In this document: in pieces, positions 22,985-33,842 of the stretch
Layout of the letters: the number at the start of each line of letters is the position of its first letter
How positions within the stretch are numbered: position 1 is the first letter of the stretch
DNA from: Mytilus californianus
Taxonomy: Eukaryota
Length of the DNA: 64,000 nucleotides
Assembly: GCF_021869535.1 (NCBI RefSeq)
Contig: NW_026262712.1
Coordinates: forward strand, 64,356,001 to 64,420,000
Direction: 5' to 3'
Made by a program: the position numbers and the translations under genes
The notes under the pieces: generated by a model
Told to the model about the DNA's origin: nothing
Database searches by the model: none
The model's input: the letters and a program-made list of their open reading frames with translations, nothing else

Positions 22985-23958
22985 CTATAAATAGAATTTT
23001 GAATGATCGTACTTGGTGTTGGACTGAAATATTAAGTCTTGTTTACTCTGAGTATATAGTTGAAAGGAATACATTTCGTAAATATTGCAGATGTGTTTCA
23101 AAATTACTTTATAAAATACTGAATTGGAAAAGAAGGGATATTTTTTACTATGTGGTATGGGTTTTTCTCATTGTTGAATGCCGTACGGTGACCTATAGTT
23201 GTTAACTTGTATGTCATTTGGTCTCTAGTAGAGAGTTGTCTCATTGGCAATCATACGGCATCTTCTTATTTTTATATAGGTTGGATAACATAAGACAACA
23301 TTTCCTAGCAAAAACCAAGGAACTGTGCTATTATTGTTAATTTTCATCTTGACAATTGCTGAAAGGTCAGTCTTTTTGTCTATATGCACGAATGTATTTA
23401 TGTCCCGATGTCTTTATGCTTGTATGTATGAGTGCCCGATGTCTGTGTGCATGTCTGTCTGTCTGTCTGTAATTTTGTCTATAGGTTAGTATGTGTGTTA
23501 CAATGCAGAGCGAGTTATAACTTTTCCAATTATGACCGATAGACAACTTTATCATTAACAACTAAAAATCTTTCAGAAAGAGGTAAAAACTTTTTTCAAA
23601 AAATGATCATGTATTTTAAGATTGTTTTGGTTTCCACAGCAACGGTATCTACACCATTAAAAGCATAATTCCTTGTAGGTCGAACATAAAATTGATAAAT
23701 TAAGCAATTATTAAGAAACTAAGGTTCTAAGGAAAAGTTTACCTTACATATGATTTTGGATATTCTTTTAAGGTCCCTTTTGTTCATATCGCTCCTAACG
23801 TTTCTACGTATTAGAACATTCCTGGCTATCAATTGTTTATGTTTGAGCGCTCCTCATGAAGTTTAATCAAGAAGAGCGCTTCGGGCGGACGAACATTATA
23901 AAGTGTGTTTTTTATTTAAAAATCAATGCATTTTAAAAACGTTGTTAATGAGTCTTAC

Positions 23959-24151
23959 CATCGTATATTGGGATAAGTTCATCGTTATAAAGTCTTATTG
24001 TAAGGACAATCTTTTCTTCGTCTACTGCAGCATCACTTGGCACAACAACTGTGTTTGGAATACAAATGGCTATTGATGTCGGTTTCTTGAACAAGTCTTT
24101 TGATCGTCTATCCATCTCTGTGATTGAGGATCGAAGCTTGCTTTTGTATTC
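23959..24151 (-). CDS. Exon encoding a short helix plus the N-terminal part of the filamin repeat, minus-strand gene
   Basis: acatttag|GAATAC...TACGATG|gtaaga, 193 nt, phase 0-1; EYKSKLRSSITEMDRRSKDLFKKPTSIAICIPNTVVVPSDAAVDEEKIVLTIRLYNDELIPIYD aligns loosely with paralogue exon 28536-28716 (IP..V...D...D.E...I...LYN). Confidence 0.75.
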
Positions 24152-24746
24152 CTAAATGTTTTGATATAAACTATATTAAAATGTTTTGGTGTTGTAGTCA
24201 ATTAAGTAAAGCCATCTTCCGTAAAGTTAACCATTGTTCCTTTTTTTATTTTCAGATACGTGTATATAGTAAGGATTTAGAGTTCAAGATAATTGTGCGG
24301 ATATTGAGTATATATAACACCAGTGTTTTGATATAAATATCTATTCTATAAAGCATTATGTGTATTGATTGTTATAGCTAGCCTTTATAAAAAGAACTAA
24401 TAATGGAGTCAGTTAGCATGTCCAGGCGTTGTCGTAAAGGACAAAACTGAAAGGGTATGCCAAACATGAGCTGGTAGAACTTTCCGTACAACAACAAAAT
24501 AATGAATTGTCACAACCTTTTATCGAACTATATATTCTCTCAGTCGTATTACATTTGCGCCAATTTGAAAGAAAAAATCCAAAGTTGCATTTGCACCAAT
24601 GTTGAAGTACCCAGGTAAGGTTACCTTTTACCATTAAAGAGTTAATTGGTGAACAACGGGTAAAACCATTATGAATGTAGAAGCGTCTCTGTGTTCCCTT
24701 TGAAGACTATTGATACTTCAAACTTATACATATCTTTTTGCGTTAC

Positions 24747-24782
24747 TTGCTTCAGTTTTGGTGAAGCCTTGCTGTTGGTAAA
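24747..24782 (-). CDS. Candidate 36-nt coding exon (FTNSKASPKLKQ) of the minus-strand gene
   Basis: gtttccttatag|TTTACC...AAGCAA|gtaacg, phase 0-0, in frame with the flanking exons; no homology support. Confidence 0.4.
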
Positions 24783-24902
24783 CTATAAGGAAACAAAAAC
24801 AATAGCCTTGAATCATTAAATTACATTTTATTTAAAGTTTTAGTCCTGTTTTACATGTGGATGTAAATAGTTTAGATGGATAAACAAATTTTACGAACTT
24901 AC

Positions 24903-24911
24903 CCTGTACAT
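24903..24911 (-). CDS. Candidate start (ATG TAC AGG, MYR) of the minus-strand gene
   Basis: ATGTACAGG|gtaagt with a strong donor. The chain 9+36+193+213+39+42+677 = 1209 nt is fully in frame (402 aa). An alternative start is the Met in MDRRSK within exon 23959-24151. Confidence 0.35.
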
Positions 24912-26091
24912 ATAAATTTCGTCCTGAAATTCATGTGTCAGTTATAGGGAAATATATTGTAGCAAAGAATTTTCTGCAAAAAATGAACCGAGATGAACTG
25001 GAGACATATTTTGAATGTTTATTTATTTTCTAGAACTTTGTATGCTTAAATTATATTTAAATTTTCGCATTTAAAGAAAACAAATTCATACTTTTTTTAT
25101 ATTAATTGAAATTGTCATAAACTTTAATTGCTATTTATGTTCAACGTGTTTTTTTTTTCCGAATCAATTAATTACCAGTTAAACATCAATAATAAAAAAG
25201 TAATTTATCTAAAAACACACCGATAATGAAATTAAACATACCCCGATAAGATGGCAAGCAATGGGTAAAATTTCTTCTGATTGAAAATTCTGATTCTCCC
25301 CTTTCAGTGTATCACTCTTTGCTTTAAAAACAAAGCATATTGAAATCAATACACAATAAAACTTTTTAAGGTATTATTTAAAACCAAGATAATCAACAAA
25401 GCTCCCAAATACCTTCACTTTTTGTTGGGTTGTTTTTAGGCGTGAAGGTATAGTTTGTGATTCCTTTCAGCATAACAATAAGCTTAATAGCAACGTGTAA
25501 TTGATACATGGAAATCGAACTCGAAAAGTCAAACAACAAATTTTTGGCAGATAATCTAGATCGGCATTTATTAGTACAGAACTCTTTTCAAAGGTAGGTA
25601 ATTTTGAAAGTGCATATACGTCCGTTATTTACAAAAAAAATGTGTTACTGCTAATTATTTATTTTCTTTATTACGTATGAAATGAATAGACAGAAAAATA
25701 AAAGATACATTTATTTTGATTGCATTAATAGAAAATTTTAAAAGGCAGCAAATGTCTATAATTTTCATTTCTAACACTCAATGACGCCATTTTATCTGCT
25801 ATTTCTTAATGCCTGCTTAGTTTGATTACACGCATAGATTTTGATTGGATTTATATAATTTTTTTCGAAACAAATTCAAACTCCCTCTGAGGCAAATTTG
25901 ACCTAAGAAGATATGTTGTTACTTATAGGTAATTTTGATTATAGCCTCTCGTGTCAGAGTATTTGAACTTCTTTGCATTTTGGCTTTTAAAACAGATTGT
26001 GTTTTACTTTTTAATTTGATATTTTTTTCCTTCTAAAGGTCAAAATGTCAACAGCAACTATTTGATATTTTTTTTCCTTCTAAAGGTCAAA

Positions 26092-27183
26092 ATGTCAACA
26101 GCAACTTACCATCCGGTGATGACACAACCATTTCGCGTACAAAGTAAAACTTCCATCCGGCCGCAAATAGAGCATGTCCGGCAGAAGTTCCTTGAATGCT
26201 ATGTCTGTAATGAGGATTTCAATGAGACTGACCATGTACCTAGAACTCTGCCATGCCTTCATTGTGTTTGTGAAGTTTGCATGGAGTCTCTGAAAACACG
26301 TGATTCAGTAGTGTGTCCAGAATGCAACGAATCGCACCCGGTTCCAAATGGAGATGTGAAGAATTTTGAAAAAGATGGTTGCAGAGGATATCTTGTTAAT
26401 TATTTACAGGTACAAGCGAACGAAACTGCAATAACATGCGATGAATGCACGAATAAGCGACGCGGGACTCATCGATGTAAAGAGTGTTCACAATTTCTCT
26501 GCAATGATTGTACCGATGCCCACATGAAAACAAAAGTCACCAAGAGGCATGAAATAACCAATGTTAACGATCTCAAAGACTGCACGATAGAAGAACTGCA
26601 AGCAATTCAACGTTGTTCGGTCAAAGGTCATGAAGATCAACAGTTCCAATATTACTGTGTTTCGAACAGTTGTGATAAACCGGTCTGTGCTCTTTGCGCT
26701 GTCCAGTTCCATTCCGAAAGTAAGGGACATAAGCTACGAACTCTAATGGACGTATATCTGGAAACAAAAAGAACTGTAGACACTTTGGTATCAGAGGTTA
26801 AACACAAGCAACTGACAGCTGAGGACACGTTGAATATTGTAGATGGAATAATCTCCAACCTTGACGACGTTCAAGAAAAAATGGTCGAAGATATTGAAGT
26901 TGCTTTCGGTAAATGTCAAAAGAAATTAGAAGAAAGGAAAGAAGAAGTAAAAAACGAGCTGTTGAATGCAGTAAGCGTAAAGAAAAAAAGACTTCAAGAT
27001 CAGTTAAGCTCTCTCAATTTTCACAAAGGAAACCTAGACGACTCCAACGAATTTGCAACATGCGTGTCAACATATGCAACCCCTTCAGAGTTTATGAACT
27101 TCAAAGACAAAGTAATCGATAGGTTAAAAGACATGAACACTCGCCATTTTGATGTAAATCCACATGATAATGCTGATGTTCAG
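26092..27183 (+). CDS. TRIM protein, first coding exon: RING, B-box1, B-box2, coiled coil
   Basis: C3HC4 RING (CYVC...LPCLHCVCEVC...CPEC), B-box1 (CDEC...CKECSQFLCNDC..AH...H), B-box2 (CSVKGH...YYC..CDKPVCALC..H..H), then a heptad-rich region; acceptor ttctaaag|GTC at 26085/26086; donor CAG|gtaaag at 27183 (phase 0). The ORF-track start at 26062 is intronic or duplicated sequence. Confidence 0.92.
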
Positions 27184-28535
27184 GTAAAGGAATTTTCATA
27201 CAGTCTATGCATGTGTCGAATTTAGTTCGATTCCAAACAAACAATTGTTGTCGGCGTAGTCATTTATTTTTCTACTTATTTTGTATTTTATTATGCATGC
27301 ATTATCAATTAGAATATTGATTTTATTTCTTTTGTGGAATGTCTTTTACAAAACAAAATGGTATATTCGTTCTCATCTCTTTTATAAATTCTATATCTTT
27401 TTTAATCCCTCTACAGTTTTGATCTGGTCCACTGTTGCATGATATATTTAAATGTGAGAGTAATATTTCAAGTCTTGTCCTTTACGTTGATTCGAGTTGT
27501 AAGATCAAAGCCACATTTTGGGGTTAACCACAATATAATGATGCACGATGCAGTAAAATTTCAAATAACGAATTTGAAACATGTGTTTCAACATGTTCAA
27601 CTTTTCAGAGAAAATAAAATGGATATAATTTCAGTTCCCAAATTTTCCTGCCACTTTCTATCTGTTACTGAAGCGCCTTCTGAGATCAGATAACAACAGG
27701 AGAAGGAACTAACTTTGTATTAACATTTCTCCAACATAAAGTGAAAGAGTTATGCCGCTTATTATGTATTATTTCAATTTCATGCAATTCGGGTGTGAAA
27801 AAAGAATGTGTTGGGTATGCTGTATGTGTCAATGAGACACAGAAAAAACATTTACCTCAATGTAAAACCAACCAAACGACACAAAAGAACCAAACTACAT
27901 CAAGAGATCAACATACGATCTTCAAGAATAATCGATTGTCTATTCAGTGTGTATCTTTCCACAAAAGACAAAAACACACATTGAGATACAATAAGAGGCA
28001 ACAAAAGACGAGGTGCCTAACTACTAGATGTTGCATACAAGCCTTCCAGGGCATGTTATTTTACATTCAGGAGGATGATTATATGCATTACCTATTGTCT
28101 GGTTCAGACAAATAAGTTATTTTATGAGACATATTTTATTTTATGAGACACATTTCATTTTAAAATGATAAAGTTTATTTTAGTTTTGATTGTGTATACT
28201 TGTTGAACAGTAATTCAATAACTGTTGTAAAGACGTTCAATAAAATTTCCTATTATGCTTATTAGAAACAAATGAAGATGCTAAGGGTGCAACCAAAATC
28301 TCTTAGTCGAATACAGACAGAAATAGACAACATTCCACAAACAGTACACAGAAAAATAAGGATTCGAAAACATTAGAGGACTTGTAATATTGGGTACTCC
28401 GGATGGATCAGCAGACCATGTCCACTTGATGACACCGTTTACGGAAAATAATTGCTAAGACTTCTTTGGTATCTTTCGCCTCTCTTTTTCTTTCAAGTAA
28501 TTTAAATCTTGATTAAATTTCAATTTAAATTACAG

Positions 28536-28716
28536 TTTCACCAGGACAATATGGGAGAAGATTTCAAGCATTTTGCCAACAATGTTGGAAAGATATGGTC
28601 TTCTTCACTATATATACCCAAAACAAATGTGACATTGAATGACATTCCAGCTGACGTAGAGGACGTTCCAATTACCATCTTTCTATACAATATTGACGGT
28701 GATCCTCAAGTAGAAG
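28536..28716 (+). CDS. TRIM exon: linker plus N-terminal part of the filamin repeat
   Basis: aattacag|TTTCAC...GAAG|gtaaaa, 181 nt, phase 0-1; FHQDNMGEDFKHFANNVGKIWSSSLYIPKTNV...ITIFLYNIDGDPQVE. Confidence 0.85.
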
Positions 28717-29382
28717 GTAAAAGTAAACTATTTTAGTCATTGTACGTTATTCATATGTTATTAAGAAGAAAAATAGTTGTTTTTTCTTATAAAATATGCG
28801 TTAGTTTTCGATGTTATGTAATGCTATGGTATTTATCTCGACAATGATATCTCGACAATTTTGTGGTTTTGTATGTAATATTTGCTTTAAGAGGTAATTG
28901 AGTGACAAAAATCCATCCCGGTAAAATTGAATCCCAAATTCCCGCTGAAATAATGTGTCCGTTCTCGCATCACCATATAATTAAATCCCGAATTCCCGAC
29001 GATTTAACTGGCTATTCCCAAATTCCCGCGAATTAAACGTCTCAATCCCGACGTCCAGAAAAAGGTCCTTCTGCCCCTCTTATGTAGACGAAAAAACGTC
29101 TGGCGTTCCAAGTATCTTTGATAAAGTTTTTTTTTTTATAAATCTAAGGTTCCAACTCCTTCAGGGAAAGATGACCTCAAACGGTTTCAACTATTCTGTC
29201 TCGGTCTTCAGAATCCGAATGTTTAGGTGTAATAGACTCCCTTAACTTTATTCACTAGCGGTATTTGTTGCAAATTAATTCAAAAAGAGATTCAAGTGCC
29301 ATTGAAAAGTACTTTTAAGTTTGCATTTCTCATGAAAATAGTATCTAACGATTTACATGTGTATGTTATTTTTAAAACCAAG

Positions 29383-29607
29383 GTGGTGTCGACATTCGAG
29401 TTGAAATTGAAGATCCAAATGGAAAGATTCACCGACCTACAGTTGAAGATTTTACTGCAAAGCAAGGATGTTATAAGGTGTACTTCATGTCTCAAAAACA
29501 TGGGAAACACAAGGCAACAGTTTTAATCAACGGTGACAGTATAAATCCTGATGGGTACAGATTCAATGTCATCCACCATGGTGCTGATAGACAATCTCTT
29601 ACTTACA
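29383..29607 (+). CDS. TRIM exon: C-terminal part of the filamin repeat
   Basis: aaccaag|GTGGTG...TTACA|gtaagt, 225 nt, phase 1-1; GGVDIRVEIEDPNGKIHRPTVEDFTAKQGCYKVYFMSQKHGKHKATVLINGDSINPDGYRFNV matches the filamin Ig-fold consensus. Confidence 0.85.
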
Positions 29608-29658
29608 GTAAGTCTGTATTAAGTGTATATTTTCAAACAACTTCGGCCAATATCTTAA

Positions 29659-29885
29659 AGGTGGTCTCATTGGGGTCTAAGCGTGACCCGGGATTGCCGA
29701 TTTTTTGTAAGCGTGACACGTGAAAGTCAAATTATTGTGCCGTGAAAACGGGAAATGAAGTCTAGCGGGACACGGGAAATTACAAAAAAATGAGAATTGC
29801 TTACGTACATAGTGTAAGCGGGATACGGGAATCTGACAAAACAGTAAGCGGGATCCGGGATCAGAACCCCCCAATGAGATCCCCT
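29659..29885. mobile_element. MITE of about 230 bp with imperfect TIRs
   Basis: Left aggtggtctcattgggg versus right ccccaatgagatcccct, in a TTAA-like context; internal cggga repeats. Confidence 0.65.
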
Positions 29886-30173
29886 TAAAGAAACCATCGA
29901 TTAGTTGTGGGAAGATAAATCTAATTTCCTTAATTTTAAATAATCAAACGTATAAAGGAAATTTTGCAGCATTTTCTTTCACTACATACCTCTCTTTGAC
30001 GTTATGAACTCATTCTCAATAACTTTTACAATTAAATGAATTTACGTTTTCTTTAGACTTTACAAATTAACCATGATGTTCACTATTATCGCATAGTTTT
30101 TTTTAAATTTTCTATGATATTCCAAATGTAAATTATGTGTCCATGTCTTCATGTCTTTCTTCTTGATTATCAG

Positions 30174-30233
30174 GGTCGGCAAGAATCCCAGATACACCTC
30201 AACCTAGAAATATTGTGTCACCTACAAACTCTG
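30174..30233 (+). CDS. TRIM 60-nt Pro/Ser-rich linker exon (RSARIPDTPQPRNIVSPTNS)
   Basis: cttgattatcag|GGTCGG...CTCTG|gtaagt, phase 1-1, open. Confidence 0.75.
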
Positions 30234-30317
30234 GTAAGTTTTATTTTACTCAAACACTTTTATTAAAGCGTATAAAAAATGGTAGTCGATACCAAAGGGC
30301 AATCTAAAACAACCAAA

Positions 30318-30780
30318 AACAAGAATGTGTCCATAGTACACGGATGCCCCACTCGCACTATCATTTTCTATGTTCAGTGGACCGTGAAATTGGGGTCAAA
30401 ATTCTAATTTGGCATTAGAATTTGAAAGATCATATCATAGGGAACATGTGTACTAAGTTTCAAGTTGATTGGACTTCAACTTCATCAAAAAAGGCTGTTT
30501 CACACAATCCCATTTTCATGTTCAATGAACCGTAAAATTTGGACCAAAACCCAAATTTGCCATACTTTTTAGAAAGTTCTAATCATAATGACTATGTATG
30601 CAAGTTACAAGTGGATGCAACTATAACTTCATCATAAACCACCTTGACCAAAAACTTTAACCTGACACCGGACAGACGGACGAACGGACGGACGAACGAA
30701 CGAACGAACGAACAAACGAATGGACGCACAGACCAGAAAACATAATGCCCCTACTACTATCGTAGGCGGGGCATAAAAAA
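30318..30780 (-). mobile_element. pearl/DINE-1-like non-autonomous element
   Basis: (ACGG/ACGA)n microsatellite next to the terminal tgcccc...ggggcataaaaa hairpin; the other end is acaagaatgtgtccatagtacacggatgcccc; same subfamily as 47877-48100. Confidence 0.75.
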
Positions 30781-32363
30781 TAGACAACACTTCTGCTCTA
30801 TGAAATTCGAACGACACTCCGCAATGCACTTTGAATGAAACCAAAGATTAAGTAACAAAAACCGCTGCACTAACCGGGGTAACTCATGTTTTCTAGTAGG
30901 GTAATACGTTAATTGATCATAGCGGATTGGTAAATGTCTCATGTTCAACCATCTAAGACGTCCCAAACTTCACAAACCATCCTTACATTTAATTTGTTTA
31001 ATCCTGTCACTTGATCGATCGTGAATGTTAGAAATAAAAACACGGGTGTCTGTACAAAAAAGAGTAAACGGTAAACATTACAAAAACAACAAGAAAATAA
31101 AATAATACAACAAACAACAAACAAAAACCAAACAAAAAGAGACACTTATTCCTTTCTATAAAACTAGAGATGAATTGAGGTGCTTCAGTCGGAAAGCAGT
31201 TCCAGCTTCTCTAATGATACCCGCGTGGCATCTAGTAACGTCAACCTAATCATGATACATGTATATAATTAAGAACACATGACTTGATAACTTTCTTACA
31301 AGCAACAAGCAACTATTAAAGAAACCATGATAGGAAACGCAATTCATGGAATATCATATCAACTTTGAGATTTATACATATGGGTTCTGTTGGAATGTAG
31401 CTTAAGAGAAATTGAATGTTCACAATGAGAAATTCGGAATTGTCTCTTTGTCTTAAGGCATCTCAACCGACTCTCAACGTCAATTTCTATATATAATTAA
31501 ACATATAAACCAGACTTAACTGTACCCAAAGTATCCTTATTTCATTTAAACTCTTATCTTTAGTTAATTTTCCAAGAAAACATCATAAAGACCTATAATT
31601 GTCAAGGATTTCCTATTTAATAAATGTTTAATAGTGGAAGTATTTGTTGCAATTCTGAGTAAATTATCAACACCTACTTGCCTTATCATCAGTTTATAAC
31701 AAATTTAAAAGTGTTATTTTCCTATTACTTAGTATAGAAAGTTATTTACACATTAAGAATAGTATATGTGATAGACAACAATACGTTTGTCATTTAGATA
31801 ATGCTGGTACAAGATACATGTAGTATGAGTGTTCATAAACCCGTAACATGTATCAATTCTGAACATATCAACATCCTCATAGCCTTAACCCTTCAGGAAA
31901 TAGCGTCTACGTCTTTTTTTCACGTTTTGTTTATTGTTTGGCATAATCCTCTCATCTACATAATATTTTCAATTTTGCTTTCAGTTTATTGATTAATGTT
32001 TTGGTATTTCTTAAAGAAGTTTTGTTGGCAATGTTACGGTTGTCAGTTATAAAGCGTGGCCAGCAGGATTATAGATGCAACTTGTACATGCTCAATCAAA
32101 AGGTTAAAACTGGAAGTTTTTGGTGTTGAGATCCTCAAAAACGTGCTTTTGGCAGAGTAAATTTGTAAAATGAATCGTTTTTACGCGTCATTGTTTTCAA
32201 TGCCAAAGTTTCTGTTTGTCATAAGATGTATTATAGTTCTTATAAAGCTGTGTCTAATCTTAAATGGACGCTTTCTAAACTGTATATAAAAATAAGAGCA
32301 GATATTCAATGTAGCAGATAAAAATGCTGCAAAATTATTCATTAATCTATTTTTGAATTACAG

Positions 32364-32420
32364 ATGTTACCATTGTGGGTCGTATTACTCCTAGAGATAT
32401 TATGCATGGAGATGTTAACT
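32364..32420 (+). CDS. TRIM 57-nt linker exon (DVTIVGRITPRDIMHGDVN)
   Basis: gaattacag|ATGTTA...TAACT|gtaagt, phase 1-1, open. Confidence 0.75.
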
Positions 32421-33162
32421 GTAAGTATTCGATTCAGATCCCGATACATTGTATATAATACTATATAGTATTAGTTTTTGTCATTGTTGAAGAACATACG
32501 GTGGCATGTAATTGTTCACATTTTTGTCTGTTGGTCATTAATGAATAGTTTTCTCATTGATTTGTTTATTCTAATTTAATTTGTTAACCAAAAACTTGTT
32601 TGTGCATTAATTATTTGATTATTTTATCTTTTTTAGCTCAGTGTTAATTCTTTTTCAATGTTGACTAAGGTATACAAATACGGTAATCAATCAATGGACT
32701 TCTCCAATCTGGCAGTAAAACCCTCGTCCGTTTAGGTGTGGGGGGTGTATAAATGCGCAGCCACGTTAGCCCGTAAAAATGGCGAGATACAAACACAACA
32801 AAGAAAAAAAAATCAAGGAACACGAATCCCGTCAGAAACTGGAGATTAATGTAGATGTTTCAGAAGGATCAGCAGGTTCTGTTCTATATAGTGACACTCC
32901 CCTCGTGACGCGAGACAAAAATGCGGTGACAATATATAATATACTGTATGTTTGGAGAAATGCCTGATAAATTTTGCTGAAAGGAGAAGAGTGAAAATTA
33001 CAAAAAATATATACTTCTTCATAAACGCGTTATGTGCTATTATATATAGTCGCGTTAAATGTGTTTCTCTTTCTCATAATAAAATAACTTGAAAGTATTG
33101 AACTTTAATATTCAAATCCAAACTCAAAATAAAAGTTTTAATATTTTTATCCATATTTGAAG

Positions 33163-33842
33163 GTGTCGACATTTCCTTTGATTCATCTGTTGCCCATACA
33201 TCAATGGACGTATCCGGCGATGAAAAAGTGATGAAAGTGAAGACAATGAAACAGCGACATGGAATTAGCTTCAGGGAACCAGAGGCAGGACATTTCAGAA
33301 ATTATAAAGGAACGATTGCAACTAAATCTTTCAACAAGCCTGGCCTGTTTTACTGGGAAGTTGTAGTCCAGTACAAAATTTTGCGCTTAATCCGACAGAC
33401 AATGCTTTTCGAAATGGGCCTTTCGAGAATTGATTGCGTTGATAAGCGTTACACTGTGGATGCATTTCCGTACGCATGGGCAGTTAGTGCACGTGGGTGT
33501 CATATATGCGGAAAGGTATGCCTACAGACATGGCATAACGGCCAACTAATGACACATAATCCTTTGTCAAATCGCACACCAACGCCTCCAACTATGGTAG
33601 TTAGGCTTCATTATGGATTTCTTCTTGATTCAACCAAACGTCATTGGATAGTCGTCGACCTGAAAACAAAAAAAGTCATCTTCCATTTTAAAAACTTGGT
33701 TATCTCCGAGATGTCTGATCCTCTGTTCCCAGTATTTGCCATATACAACCCAGAACAGGTTCAAGCTTCGTTGGAACTTTTGTCTGGAATGAATATTACT
33801 GGAATCCCAGAAGAAGCCTTAGATGCTATAGTTATTACGTAG
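33163..33842 (+). CDS. TRIM terminal exon: B30.2 (PRY/SPRY) domain
   Basis: atatttgaag|GTGTCG gives CVDISFDSSVAHTSMDVSGD (PRY) continuing into the listed ORF with FNKPGLFYWEV, FEMGL, YGFLLD, PLFPVF. Spliced CDS 1092+181+225+60+57+680 = 2295 nt = 764 aa, in frame. Confidence 0.88.

Noticed and set aside
24413-24634. Cys-rich 73-aa minus ORF as the missing RING/B-box of the minus gene
   Set aside because: Cysteine spacing fits neither RING nor B-box, there is no similarity to the paralogue's RBCC exon, and no compatible splice sites were found.
26062-26091. N-terminal extension MIFFFLLKVK given by the ORF track for the TRIM
   Set aside because: It begins at TTG inside the duplicated polypyrimidine tract and acceptor, so it is intronic in the normal splice form.
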